This document shows, one piece after another, positions 51,516 through 60,629 of a stretch of DNA of 64,000 bases. Origin of the DNA: an uncultured Gemmatimonadales bacterium (GTDB lineage Bacteria; Gemmatimonadota; Gemmatimonadetes; Gemmatimonadales; GWC2-71-9). Location: positions 96,001 to 160,000 of the forward strand of contig CAWGED010000005.1 in the NCBI GenBank assembly GCA_963821525.1, in the 5' to 3' direction. The stretch's first letter is position 1; every line of letters starts with the position of its first letter. The position numbers and the translations under genes are program-made. Under the pieces are notes generated by a model. The model was not told the origin of the DNA. It saw only the letters and a program-made list of their open reading frames with translations, and searched no databases.

Positions 51516-52448
51516 TCACTCCTCCCGCAGCGACCGGCCGGTTAGAGAGACGAACACGTCCTCCAACGTTGCCGTGTGAGTTCTCAGTTCGGCGAATCCG
51601 GTGCCCAGCCGTTCCAGCATGTTCAGCAGTGGGGGCAGGGTCTCGTGCAGTTGGGAGATCTCGAGAAAGATTCGCGCGCCGGCCCGTCGCACCGCGTGCA
51701 CGCCGCCGAGCGCACGAAGCTCATTGTCGTCCGGGGATTTGCCGTCCAGCAGCGTGAACTCGACCACATGCTCCGATCCGAGCGAAGCGATCAATTCGCG
51801 CGGAGTACCCAACGCAATCACCCGGCCGTGATCCACGATGGCGACCCGGTCGCACAGCCGTTCCGCCTCTTCCATGTAGTGTGTGGTGAGCAGCACGGTG
51901 CGGCCCTGCGCCTTGAACTGCTCGATCAGGTCCCAGAGCTGGCGGCGGGATTGGGGGTCGAGACCGGTGGTTGGCTCGTCGAGGAAGAGCAGCTCGGGAT
52001 CGCCCACCAGGGCGCAGGCCAGGGCCATCCGCTGCTTCTGCCCGCCCGAGAGCTGGCCCACTCGGCTGCGCCGCTTCTCGTTGAGCTGCACCTGCCCGAT
52101 GACCGTATCTACCGTCGGCCCGCCGTGGTAGAAGCTGCGGAATAGCCGAAGGGTTTCCTCTACGGTCAGCTTCTCGGCGAGCTGGGTCTCCTGCAGCGAC
52201 ACGCCGATGCGAGGCCGGAGATCGGCAGCGTCGGTCGCCCACTGGCGGCCGAGTATGGTTACGGTGCCGGAGTCGGGCTGGTTGAGACCCTCGCAGATCT
52301 CGACCGTCGTGGTCTTCCCGGCACCATTGGGACCGAGCAGGCCGAAGCATTCACCGGTCCGGATCTCGAGGTCGAGCCCGTCAACGGCGCGAGTCTCCCC
52401 GTAGAACTTCCGGAGCCCGTGGATGGAGACGGCGGGTTGAGCAGGCAC
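51516..52448 (-). CDS. ABC exporter ATP-binding protein
   Basis: GPNGAGKTT, LSGGQKQR, LDEPTTGLDP, TTHYMEEA. Confidence 0.96.
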   Translation of the reverse strand: MPAQPAVSIHGLRKFYGETRAVDGLDLEIRTGECFGLLGPNGAGKTTTVEICEGLNQPDSGTVTILGRQWATDAADLRPRIGVSLQETQLAEKLTVEETLRLFRSFYHGGPTVDTVIGQVQLNEKRRSRVGQLSGGQKQRMALACALVGDPELLFLDEPTTGLDPQSRRQLWDLIEQFKAQGRTVLLTTHYMEEAERLCDRVAIVDHGRVIALGTPRELIASLGSEHVVEFTLLDGKSPDDNELRALGGVHAVRRAGARIFLEISQLHETLPPLLNMLERLGTGFAELRTHTATLEDVFVSLTGRSLREE

Positions 52449-52466
52449 GGTGTCGCGGGGTTTGAG

Positions 52467-52733
52467 TCAGGGGATAAGGGTGCGGGCCTGATTCCAAAAG
52501 AGCACCAGCTCGCGGGTACTTTCGAAGACCCGTACCTCGGGATCCCGGAGCGCCTGGTCCCGCGGCGCGAGCTTGAGATCGAGGTGGGGCCGGGCCGGGT
52601 TCTTCAGGTGGAGGGCGCCAGGAGGCGCTCCCAACCGGATCCGAAACGCCTCGAGCTCCTCGAGGTCATTGGTGGTCGAGAGCACATGAGACCACCCTGG
52701 TGCGTGCAGGTTCTCGCGGTCCATGATCAGCAT
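52467..52733 (-). CDS. Small DUF4031-like protein
   Basis: WSHV....LEELEAF..RLG.......PHLDL pattern. Confidence 0.55.
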   Translation of the reverse strand: MLIMDRENLHAPGWSHVLSTTNDLEELEAFRIRLGAPPGALHLKNPARPHLDLKLAPRDQALRDPEVRVFESTRELVLFWNQARTLIP

Positions 52734-52769
52734 CGTTATAAATTAGTCGTACCTGTGTGAGGAGGCGGC

Positions 52770-53357
52770 GTGGCGGCAGTCCCAGACATGTGGTCCGTCG
52801 GAATTTCCGTCCCGACCTTGGGCGGGGAGCAGGTTGTCGCACGTTGGGACGATGTGGACGTGCTGCTCATCACCAACGCGTCTTCGGCCGAGCAACGGTC
52901 GATGGCGGAGCAGCTGGCCCAGCGTGCCATGTCCGATACGCCGTTCCACACGCCGGCCTATACCAAGGCCGATACTGATCCCGACATCCGGATCTTTGTT
53001 GCGCGGCGAGCAGGGCGGGGCATTGGACTCGCGGTGCTGCGGCCGCGTCCCCGCTGGGGTTGGTGGTCGTGGGATGATTGGGACGATGAGCGGCGTCCTT
53101 CCACCGGGGTGGCGCCGCTCACCTCGTGGACCGTGGAGATCATCTGGACCCTGGCCCAGGCCCAGCAGCGAGGACTTGCGCAGCGCCTGCTGGAACAGGC
53201 GTCCCGAGTCGTGGACCAACCAATTACCTCATTCGCCTGGCGCCGCCCCTTCACGCCATCGGGCGAGGCCTTCGTGCGGCGGCTGTGCCCGGAGGGGTTC
53301 TGGGTGCCGGATGAGGTGACGGTCAGCCGTACGGTGAACGGTCAGCCGTCAGCCTGA
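52770..53357 (+). CDS. GNAT-fold acetyltransferase, Eco1/ESCO-like C-terminus
   Basis: GAGGAGG RBS; VEIIWT...QQRGLAQRLL (acetyl-CoA motif A) and FAWRRPFTPSGEAF. Confidence 0.7.
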   Translation: MAAVPDMWSVGISVPTLGGEQVVARWDDVDVLLITNASSAEQRSMAEQLAQRAMSDTPFHTPAYTKADTDPDIRIFVARRAGRGIGLAVLRPRPRWGWWSWDDWDDERRPSTGVAPLTSWTVEIIWTLAQAQQRGLAQRLLEQASRVVDQPITSFAWRRPFTPSGEAFVRRLCPEGFWVPDEVTVSRTVNGQPSA

Positions 53358-53392
53358 GGATACCTGAGCGAAGCGAGGTCCGAGCGATCCAG

Positions 53393-53445
53393 CTCCTGTC
53401 TCCGTCTCCCGTCTCCTGCGCTCGTACTCTCGTCTCCCGTCTCAC
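53393..53445. repeat. Degenerate heptamer array (CCCGTCT)
   Basis: Begins at the stop codon of the minus-strand gene ending at 53442. Confidence 0.7.
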
Positions 53446-56047
53446 GCTTTAAACCGTGCATGCTTCCACATCAGAGCGCCGAGCTCACGTAGCGTCGCGG
53501 GCTCGGCACCCGCGGCCACATTGGCCGCCGCGATTTCAAACAGAATGCGCCATTGCTCGAACAAGGTGCGATACGCCGTTCCCAGGCTGTTTCGCGGATC
53601 GTAGATACTCGTCGCCTCCGCCGTCACTCCGTTGAGCTCTACCACCTTGAAGTTCCTGCCCGCCCGAAAGTCATCGAGATCCGGCGTCTTGATGTCGTAG
53701 CGGCCGAAGAAGAATCCTTCGTAGCTCTGGCTGATACGGTCAATCGCGGCATCCAGCTCCGCGGTGCGAACCCACGACCCATCAAGGAAGAGGGCCCCGC
53801 GCGAGTGAGTGCCCACATCGACCAGTTGGATGGTCTCTCCTGCCGCGGGGATTGAGGTCAATTCTCCCGCGTTCCGGCGGAGATGGACCGGGGCCATGGA
53901 GACTGCGCGATCGTCGGCCAGGATCAATTCCTCGAGCGTGCGGCGCCCGTCTCCAGTCACCGTGAGGAGCCGCTTCTCCGTCACCGAGAAAATCGTCCCC
54001 TTCGGCTCTCCAGGTTTCCGATAGTAGAAGATTCCGAACTCGAGACCGGGCAGAAATTCCTGAATCAGGACGTCGCCCCTGGCGTGTGTCAGATACTGGG
54101 CGACGTGGTACTCGTCTTTGATCATGGCTACACCCGCTCCACGCTCCCCGATGTCCGGCTTGAGCACGACGGGAAATGCCAATCCGTGTCGCTGCCGGAA
54201 GGTGCGGACGCGACTCAGCTTTTCTTCGTAATCGAGACCTCTGCGGAGGCGTTTGGTGCGCGCCACGAACTCGGCCGAGTGGCGAAGACCCTCCAGGATG
54301 TCCGCCTTGGATTCCCCGACAAAACCGCCGCCGGGGATGGCCGGATTCCCTGCGGTGAAGAGTGTCAGACTGCGGTACTTGAAGGCGAGGTACACCACGT
54401 ACAGGGCGACCGGAGGGTAGAACGCCCAGCGAGGCCAGAACTCCCAGCGGGTGATCCGCCGCCACCGGGAGAGCAGCAGACGACGGCCTCGCCAGGAGAA
54501 GAGAGGCACCACGACCTTGAGCAGCAGAAGAGTGACCAGGGCGGTGATGAGCAGCCAGGTCCAGGCCCGGCTACGCACCGCTCCCAGGACCATCTGCGCG
54601 CCTCTCTCCGACTGCGGCGGAAAACCCGACGAGGAGCGGGGTCCACAGCGCGCAGGCCACGAAGAAGTAGCCGGTGAATCGCCAGAAGCTGGTGTGCAGC
54701 ATTCCCGCCGCGAAGTAGGTGGGAAGCCGGGTGCCGGGCAGTAATCGAGTGGCAAAGACGATCGGCGCCCCGCGCTGGCGGAACCACTGAGAGCTGCGCT
54801 CCACATCCTCGGGCCGGAGAAACCAGCGAAGCGGTGCCCGATAAAGAATGGCCCTGCCCAACCAGCGCCCCGTGAGATAGAGCAGCACGTCTCCCACGAA
54901 AATCCCGACGAAGCAGGCCAGAGTGCCGGGCACTGCCGCGAGTGTTCCCCGTGCGATGAGCAGGCCGGTGGCGACACAGGTCAAATCCTCGGTCACCAGC
55001 GTGGCCGCCGCGATCAGGAACAGGAGAATGACGAGGGCGAGTCCGGCCGTCGGTGGCACCGTGCGGGGATCGAAGGGCCGCGCTGCCTTCTCCAGCCGCT
55101 GAGGCTCCGCCGTGGCGCGAGTCGCCGCCTTGCCAGCCTCGACCCGCTGGATGAAGTCGGTCAGCGGTTCCTCGATCATGTCCGGGTGCTGGAAGACCAT
55201 GAAATGGTCGCCGCGGTACATCACCAGCTCGCTTTGCGGCACCAGGCGCGCGTGCTCGCGCGCGGCGGCGGGCGTCACCAGGGGATCCTTTACGCCGTGG
55301 AGGATCAGCATCGGGCCCGCATAGCGGGACAGGATCTTCCGCAACGGCCGCTGGTCGGTCTCGTAGAAATTCCTGGCGTACTCGACACTCAACATCCCGT
55401 CATCCCAGAGACCGAAATGGGGGACCAGCTCGCGAAGTCCCCAAAGCCCGGCGAGCTGCAGACCGTGGATCGCGTGGTTCAGGTGATACTCGCCGGCCAG
55501 CTCGTATTCCTGGGCACCGATCGAGGAAAGCAGGGTGAGCGAGCGGACCCGGTCGGGCGCCAGTTGGGCGATGTTGAGTGCAACCCCGCCGCCGAGGCTG
55601 AATCCGACGATGTGGGCCTGCTTGATGTGGAGGCTGTCGAGCAGCTGGAGGACGTAGTGCGCGTGTGCGACGATCGAATAGTCGGGAATCTCCCAGGTCG
55701 AGCCGCCGAAACCCGGCAGGTCTGGAGAGATGACCCGGAAGCGATCGGCCAGAGCCGGTCCCAGCGCCCAGAACGCGCCGTTGTCTCCCGGACTGCCGTG
55801 CAGGAGCACTACCGTTGGCCGATCACCCGCGCTGTCGGGGTGCTGATCCCGAAACGCGATATGCACTTCGTCGCGGGTCTCCCGCCCATGATCCACGACG
55901 TGAAGGTTGATCGTTCGCTCGTCACCGTCGGGCCTGCCGTCCCGAGGATGTGAAGCGCGAACAATGTGTGAGGCGATCAGGAGAACGAGATAGACGCCGA
56001 GGAACCAGGCTCCACGGTGCGAGGTACCGGCAGGGTGAGTTACTCAA
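53442..56047 (-). CDS. Fusion protein: alpha/beta hydrolase + DedA/VTT membrane domain + ATP-grasp domain (frameshifts near 56033 and 54590)
   Basis: LLHGSPG, GFSLGG, DPL, DH (hydrolase); EDL, GD..LY.GR, RLLPG.R (VTT); PVVLKPD.GERG.GV, IQEF, GRYD, ELNG (ATP-grasp). Confidence 0.82.
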
Positions 56048-56786
56048 CGGGAGAGAGGAGAGGGTTCCCTGCTGCGAGCGATGCGGGACCTGGCGATTTC
56101 CGTGGTGACACAGGGCGGACCGAGCACATGGTGAATCTCCACCGAATCAGACGTCACGTCCACTCGGCAGAAGCTCCTGGTCTCGGCTACCTCCCGGTGC
56201 ATGCAGGGAGACAGAGGACCGCGCACCGGTAAATGGGAGCGGTGGAAAGCTCTCCAGCACCTCGGGAGTGATCGGCCCGCCAGCCTGGATTTGTGACAGA
56301 GCCGCGCGTCGCGCCGCTTCCGCTTCGCTGGAGAATCCGGAGCTGGTCGCGACCAGTCCCGGCAGCTCCACCGCGCGCTCCACGAGGTTTTCACCGTTCC
56401 ACGCCAGGAGGTAAACCGGCGAGTCGGGCGCCGTGGTCGCAAGAGTGAATGGCTGGTACTCGGTGAGGGCGCTCGCGGCGAGCCGATGGCGCACCAGGTC
56501 CGGGGTTGGAGTTGTTGCCAGCGACCGCACCAGCTGGCCCCTGCTGCGTGGTGCGGTGGTGCGGACCGTCTCGGGCCCATAGCGATTCAGGACTGCGACG
56601 GTCACTCCGAATTCGTTGGCCGCTATCCAGGTACCGCCCTGATCGCTGTCGAGGGGTGCCACGAGGGTGACGCCGTCCCACCGGTGGACCGTCGCCGGAA
56701 CCTCAGGACCGCGAAGCGGGCTCTCGTCCCGATTGAAGAACAGGCTGTAGCCGCCGCGGGACCGGCAGCCAGCTCAGCGTGCACAT
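56044..56786 (-). CDS. NRDE/TANGO2 family protein (2 frameshifts)
   Basis: Starts MCTLSW; FNRDE motif; P.D...GGTWI; TSS; C-terminal MHR..A.T.S. Confidence 0.85.
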
Positions 56787-57301
56787 GCTGCCTGACGTTC
56801 GAGGTACCCCTTGGTGGATGGCGCCAGGCCGAATTCCATTCCGGCCTCGAAACCGTGCTGACGGAGAATCTGCTTGATGAGGGCGCAGTGATGCACGGTG
56901 TGACTCACCAGGAACTGCAGCTCGCGCCGCACCGTGGATCCGCTCCAGTCCGGTTCGTCTTCATCGGCCAGGCTCCTTGTCGAGACCTGGAGCGGCCGTG
57001 ACCCCATCTCTGCCGTGAGCTGGCTGAGCTCGTTTCGAAGGCCGAGTGCGACGTCAATCGCATATCCCCGCTCCCGCTCCAGCCGAGGATCGCGCCCTCG
57101 CGCGTCGTAGTCAATCCGGCCCCCGGCCAGGCCCCCGAGGAGCACCTGATAGTGGTCGAAGACGTGGCGAAAGTGGACTCCAACCGGGGATCCCTCGTCC
57201 GCGCCGGCCGTGGCGTAGGTCTCGTCGTCCATGCGACGCAATACCTCGATACACTGGTCGAGGACATGGCAGTTGCCGACGACTGCTTCCAGTCTCTTCA
57301 C
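56774..57301 (-). CDS. DinB-superfamily protein
   Basis: VG.HFRHVFDHY, IDYDAR.RD, RELQF..SHTVHHCALI, FGLAPST. Confidence 0.85.
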   Translation of the reverse strand: MKRLEAVVGNCHVLDQCIEVLRRMDDETYATAGADEGSPVGVHFRHVFDHYQVLLGGLAGGRIDYDARGRDPRLERERGYAIDVALGLRNELSQLTAEMGSRPLQVSTRSLADEDEPDWSGSTVRRELQFLVSHTVHHCALIKQILRQHGFEAGMEFGLAPSTKGYLERQAACAR

Positions 57302-58078
57302 TCAGACCTCCTGAAGGTTCGTCACCACGGGCACAAAGCGCTCACGCACGGCCTGGTGTAATTGCTCGGCGAGGCGGCGCCGGTCGGATTCCTGGATCGG
57401 TTCTTCTCCGAAGACGACCGTCGCGTGGATCGTCGGTAGCGCAGCGAGGGAGACCAGGTGCGATCCGAAGGTCATGTCTCCCCACCAGCAGACCGCGAGA
57501 TGCGCCGGCGCCGAACCCTCCGGCGTGCGATAGCTGAGGCTCGCGTGGTATACCGGGTGCTCATGCCTCGCGGCCCATTCCAGCAGTGCCGGACGGAACG
57601 GCAGGACATCGGAGCCGGGCGAGCTGGTCGCCTCGGCGAAGAGGACGACACCGTCTCCCGCGGTCACCGCCGCTTCGAGCCGTCCCATGACCCGAATCGT
57701 GTCGCGCGGCGCGTTCCGGTCCACGAAGATGGTGTCCATGAGGCTCACGAGACGGCCGATCACCGGCCATTTCGCCACTTCCTGCTTGGCGACGAAGACC
57801 GCCTCCAATCGAGCGGCCAGGATAACAACGTCGAGATAGCTGAGATGGTTTGCGACCAGGAGGAATGGCGCCTTGGGCGGCAACCCGAGCGGGTCAACCC
57901 GGACGCCGAGGATCCACTCGACGCCTCGGGCCCAGCTCTGGAAGACAAGGCGGCGGACCGGGCGCCGGAGTCGAGCGATGCCAAGCGTGATTCCAACCGC
58001 TGCCAGATAGACCACCAGACCGGTCGCCGTCCAGATGGTCAGCGCCGCTAGCCGGAGCCAGGCACGGAGGAGTCGCAT
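57302..58078 (-). CDS. Lysophospholipid O-acyltransferase (PlsC/OlsA-like)
   Basis: NHLSYLD (HxxxxD), FVAK.E, FVDR, FAEATSS. Confidence 0.92.
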   Translation of the reverse strand: MRLLRAWLRLAALTIWTATGLVVYLAAVGITLGIARLRRPVRRLVFQSWARGVEWILGVRVDPLGLPPKAPFLLVANHLSYLDVVILAARLEAVFVAKQEVAKWPVIGRLVSLMDTIFVDRNAPRDTIRVMGRLEAAVTAGDGVVLFAEATSSPGSDVLPFRPALLEWAARHEHPVYHASLSYRTPEGSAPAHLAVCWWGDMTFGSHLVSLAALPTIHATVVFGEEPIQESDRRRLAEQLHQAVRERFVPVVTNLQEV

Positions 58079-58086
58079 TGAAGCGA

Positions 58087-58938
58087 TCAGCGAAAGAAGA
58101 AGCGGTAGCTGTGCAGGTCCAGCGCCTCGATATCCAGCACTACGAGGAAGTCGATCGTCTTGAACAGGCGGTCAAGCGCGGGACCGCCGCACACCTTGGC
58201 GCCGAGGTTGAGATAGCTCTGGAACAGCGCGGGGATGTGCACCTGCCGGCTCGCGACCAGGCCGGGATCGGCGAGCGTCTCGCAGTTGAGCTCCGGGAGC
58301 GGTGCCGCTGAGAACTCCGGATGCAGCAGGCCGCGTTGCTTCAGGTATTGCAACGTCGCCATGCCCAGCGCAGGCTCCTGGCTCGTGAGCGAACAACATC
58401 CGAAGAGGTAGCGTTTGGCTGTGTGGGTCAGGTACTGCGCCAGTCCCCGCCACAGCAGATTGAGGACTCGGCCGTTTCTGTGCTCCTTCGCGACACAAGC
58501 CCTTCCGACTTCGATCGCGTTCTCAAGGAAGCCGGCCGGAAGCCCCGAGAGATCGTATTCGCCGGCCGAGTAGAAGCCACGTCCCGTGGCGGCCATCTCG
58601 GAGGTCTGCAGCCGGTAGGTCCCCACGGCTTTTCCACTGTCCCGCGACAGAATCATCAGGTGGTGAAACCAGGGATCGAGCTCGTCGTGGTCCCGCCCGG
58701 TCTCGAAGGCGGAATCGAGGCCCTCCCGGAGCTCGAGGTTGAACACCTCGAAGCGGAGCCGCTCGACCGCCTCCAGGTCCTGCGGCGAGCGGGCGAACCG
58801 CATGAAATAACGCCCGGCGATGCTCTCCTCAGTGGGCAGCAGGTCGGGACGGACCGGGTACGACGAGAGTGCAGACCCCTGGTCGGGGGATGTGGTCCGC
58901 TGGGCGGTAGTGGGCCGTCCGGTCTTCAAGAGGCTCAT
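58087..58938 (-). CDS. GNAT N-acyltransferase (OlsB / N-acyl amino acid synthase-like)
   Basis: RLRFEVF, D.DELD, VGTYRL, FYS..EYDL, EVGRACV, LLW.GL, YLFGCCS, YL.LGAKVCG.PA.D..F. Confidence 0.9.
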   Translation of the reverse strand: MSLLKTGRPTTAQRTTSPDQGSALSSYPVRPDLLPTEESIAGRYFMRFARSPQDLEAVERLRFEVFNLELREGLDSAFETGRDHDELDPWFHHLMILSRDSGKAVGTYRLQTSEMAATGRGFYSAGEYDLSGLPAGFLENAIEVGRACVAKEHRNGRVLNLLWRGLAQYLTHTAKRYLFGCCSLTSQEPALGMATLQYLKQRGLLHPEFSAAPLPELNCETLADPGLVASRQVHIPALFQSYLNLGAKVCGGPALDRLFKTIDFLVVLDIEALDLHSYRFFFR

Positions 58939-59167
58939 CCGAGAACTCCGTTCCTGGCGTTTCACGGAGAACGTTCTGAGGCAGGGATTGGTTTCCGGCC
59001 CCTGAATGTGCATCGCACTGCCGACGGCGCCAGAGGCGGTCGAGCATTCTGACCGAACCCTTGCGCGTCCTGCACGATGCTCCAATAGTTGGAGTGGCAC
59101 CGGTGCGTTCTCCAGGCCGCGGAGAGCCTCCGGAAGCCCCCCATCTCCCTCACGGCATGAGGCCGCG

Positions 59168-59443
59168 ATGCAGGCCGATATTCTCGCCATGCTGTCCGGC
59201 GTAGGGTCTTGGACCCTGCGCACCGCGCTCATCCTGTTCGTGCTACTCAATGGGACCGCGGTGGCGCTGGTGGCCATCCGGCGGGACCGCACGATGGTGA
59301 ACCGCTGGACCTCCCGCTGGCTGGCCGCCAATATCGCCCTGCTCGGCGCCGGAGCCGGAATCCCGCTGCTCACCGGCCTGCTCCGAGCCGGCCTCTCGCT
59401 CTTACCGACCTTCTCGGCGGCGGCGGCGACTGGACCGAAGTGA
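59168..59443 (+). CDS. Small membrane protein (2 TM)
   Basis: GAGG RBS; two hydrophobic segments flanking RRDR.MVNRWTSRW. Confidence 0.65.
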   Translation: MQADILAMLSGVGSWTLRTALILFVLLNGTAVALVAIRRDRTMVNRWTSRWLAANIALLGAGAGIPLLTGLLRAGLSLLPTFSAAAATGPK

Positions 59444-59479
59444 TGTCAGCAGGTTCGCGACCGTCTCGAGGAGGTTCCC

Positions 59480-59660
59480 ATGCCCGACGACCCCGCCACC
59501 ACAGATCAAGACCGAGCAGGAGTATCGGGACGCCGTGAAGGAGATGGAGCGGTTGTTCGAAGAGGATCCCGAGCCCGACACGCCGGAGGGCGAGAAGCTG
59601 GAACGGCTGAGTAAGGAAGTGGCCAGGTACGAGGACGAGCACTACCCGATGCGGGAGTGA
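59480..59660 (+). CDS. Small protein matching only the N-terminal domain of HigA-type antitoxins; absent from ORF track, one extra C after ATG
   Basis: GAGGAGG RBS; IKTEQEYRDAVKEMERLFEEDPEPDTPEGEKLERLSKEVARYEDEHYPM*. Confidence 0.75.
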
Positions 59661-59683
59661 CAGAACGTCCATCGCAGACAGCG

Positions 59684-59717
59684 AAGCCCCGCCGATGTAC
59701 CTTGTGGCGGGGCTTTT
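59684..59717 (+). terminator. Intrinsic terminator
   Basis: AAGCCCCGCC-loop-GGCGGGGCTT followed by a short T tail. Confidence 0.7.
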
Positions 59718-59744
59718 CCATCCTTCGAACCCGTGAGGAAGATC

Positions 59745-60596
59745 ATGTCGATCCGTTCAGCGGCCGGCGCCGTACTGCTCCTGGCCGGTCTCGTCAGCTG
59801 CAAGTCCGAAAAACCTGCCCCGGCCACGGCTGATGCGGCAGCCGCTGCTCCGGCTCCGACGATGCTCACCATCACGGCTACTGATTACGCGTTTGAGCTT
59901 CCCGCTCAGGTCCCAGCCGGCGTCGTCACCATCCACCTCGTCAACAATGGAAAAGAAATCCACCAGGCGCAGCTGGTCCGGCTCGAGGATGGAAAGACAG
60001 CAGCCGATTTCGGCGAAGCGATGAAGCAGAAGGGGCCGCCCCCGTCCTGGATCAAGTTCGTGGGGGGCCCCAATGCGGCCGTTCCCGGCGGTTCGGTCGA
60101 TGGCAGTGTCGCACTCGCTCAGGGAAACTATGTCGTCCTGTGTTTCATCCCGTCGCCCGATATGAAGCCGCACATGATGAAGGGGATGATCCATCCGTTC
60201 GAGGTCACTGCTCAGGCGGGAGCGGCGGATCACTTGTCCGGGGAGACCGACACTCTCACGGTTACCGAATATGCGTTCACCCAGACGCCGACCCTCACCC
60301 CGGGGCACCACACCATTCTGGTCCGCAATGCGGGCGCTCAGGACCATGAGGTGGTGCTGGTCAAGCTGCCCCCGGGAGTTACGATCGCGGCTTTCGCCAA
60401 GTGGACCGACACGATGAAGGGTGAACCACCGGGACTGCCGTTGGGTGGCGTGACGGCGCTCGCCAGTGGGGAGAGTGCTGACTTCACCGCGGATCTGACG
60501 GCGGGAGATTACGCCTTCATTTGTTTTGTGCCGGACGCCAAAGACGGGAAGCCGCACTTCGTGCACGGCATGATGACGCAGTTCAAGGTGGGGTAA
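59745..60596 (+). CDS. Lipoprotein with two cupredoxin-like domains
   Basis: Lipobox LVSC; duplicated N.G...H ... G.Y...CF.P..D.KPH..GM (His/Cys/His/Met). Confidence 0.8.
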   Translation: MSIRSAAGAVLLLAGLVSCKSEKPAPATADAAAAAPAPTMLTITATDYAFELPAQVPAGVVTIHLVNNGKEIHQAQLVRLEDGKTAADFGEAMKQKGPPPSWIKFVGGPNAAVPGGSVDGSVALAQGNYVVLCFIPSPDMKPHMMKGMIHPFEVTAQAGAADHLSGETDTLTVTEYAFTQTPTLTPGHHTILVRNAGAQDHEVVLVKLPPGVTIAAFAKWTDTMKGEPPGLPLGGVTALASGESADFTADLTAGDYAFICFVPDAKDGKPHFVHGMMTQFKVG

Positions 60597-60629
60597 CGAA
60601 TCCGACGGGACCGCCTCGGCTCACCGCCG

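Noticed and set aside
58939..59373. N-terminal extension of the GNAT acyltransferase in the ORF track
   Set aside because: Overlaps the divergent small membrane gene; family similarity begins only after Met 58938
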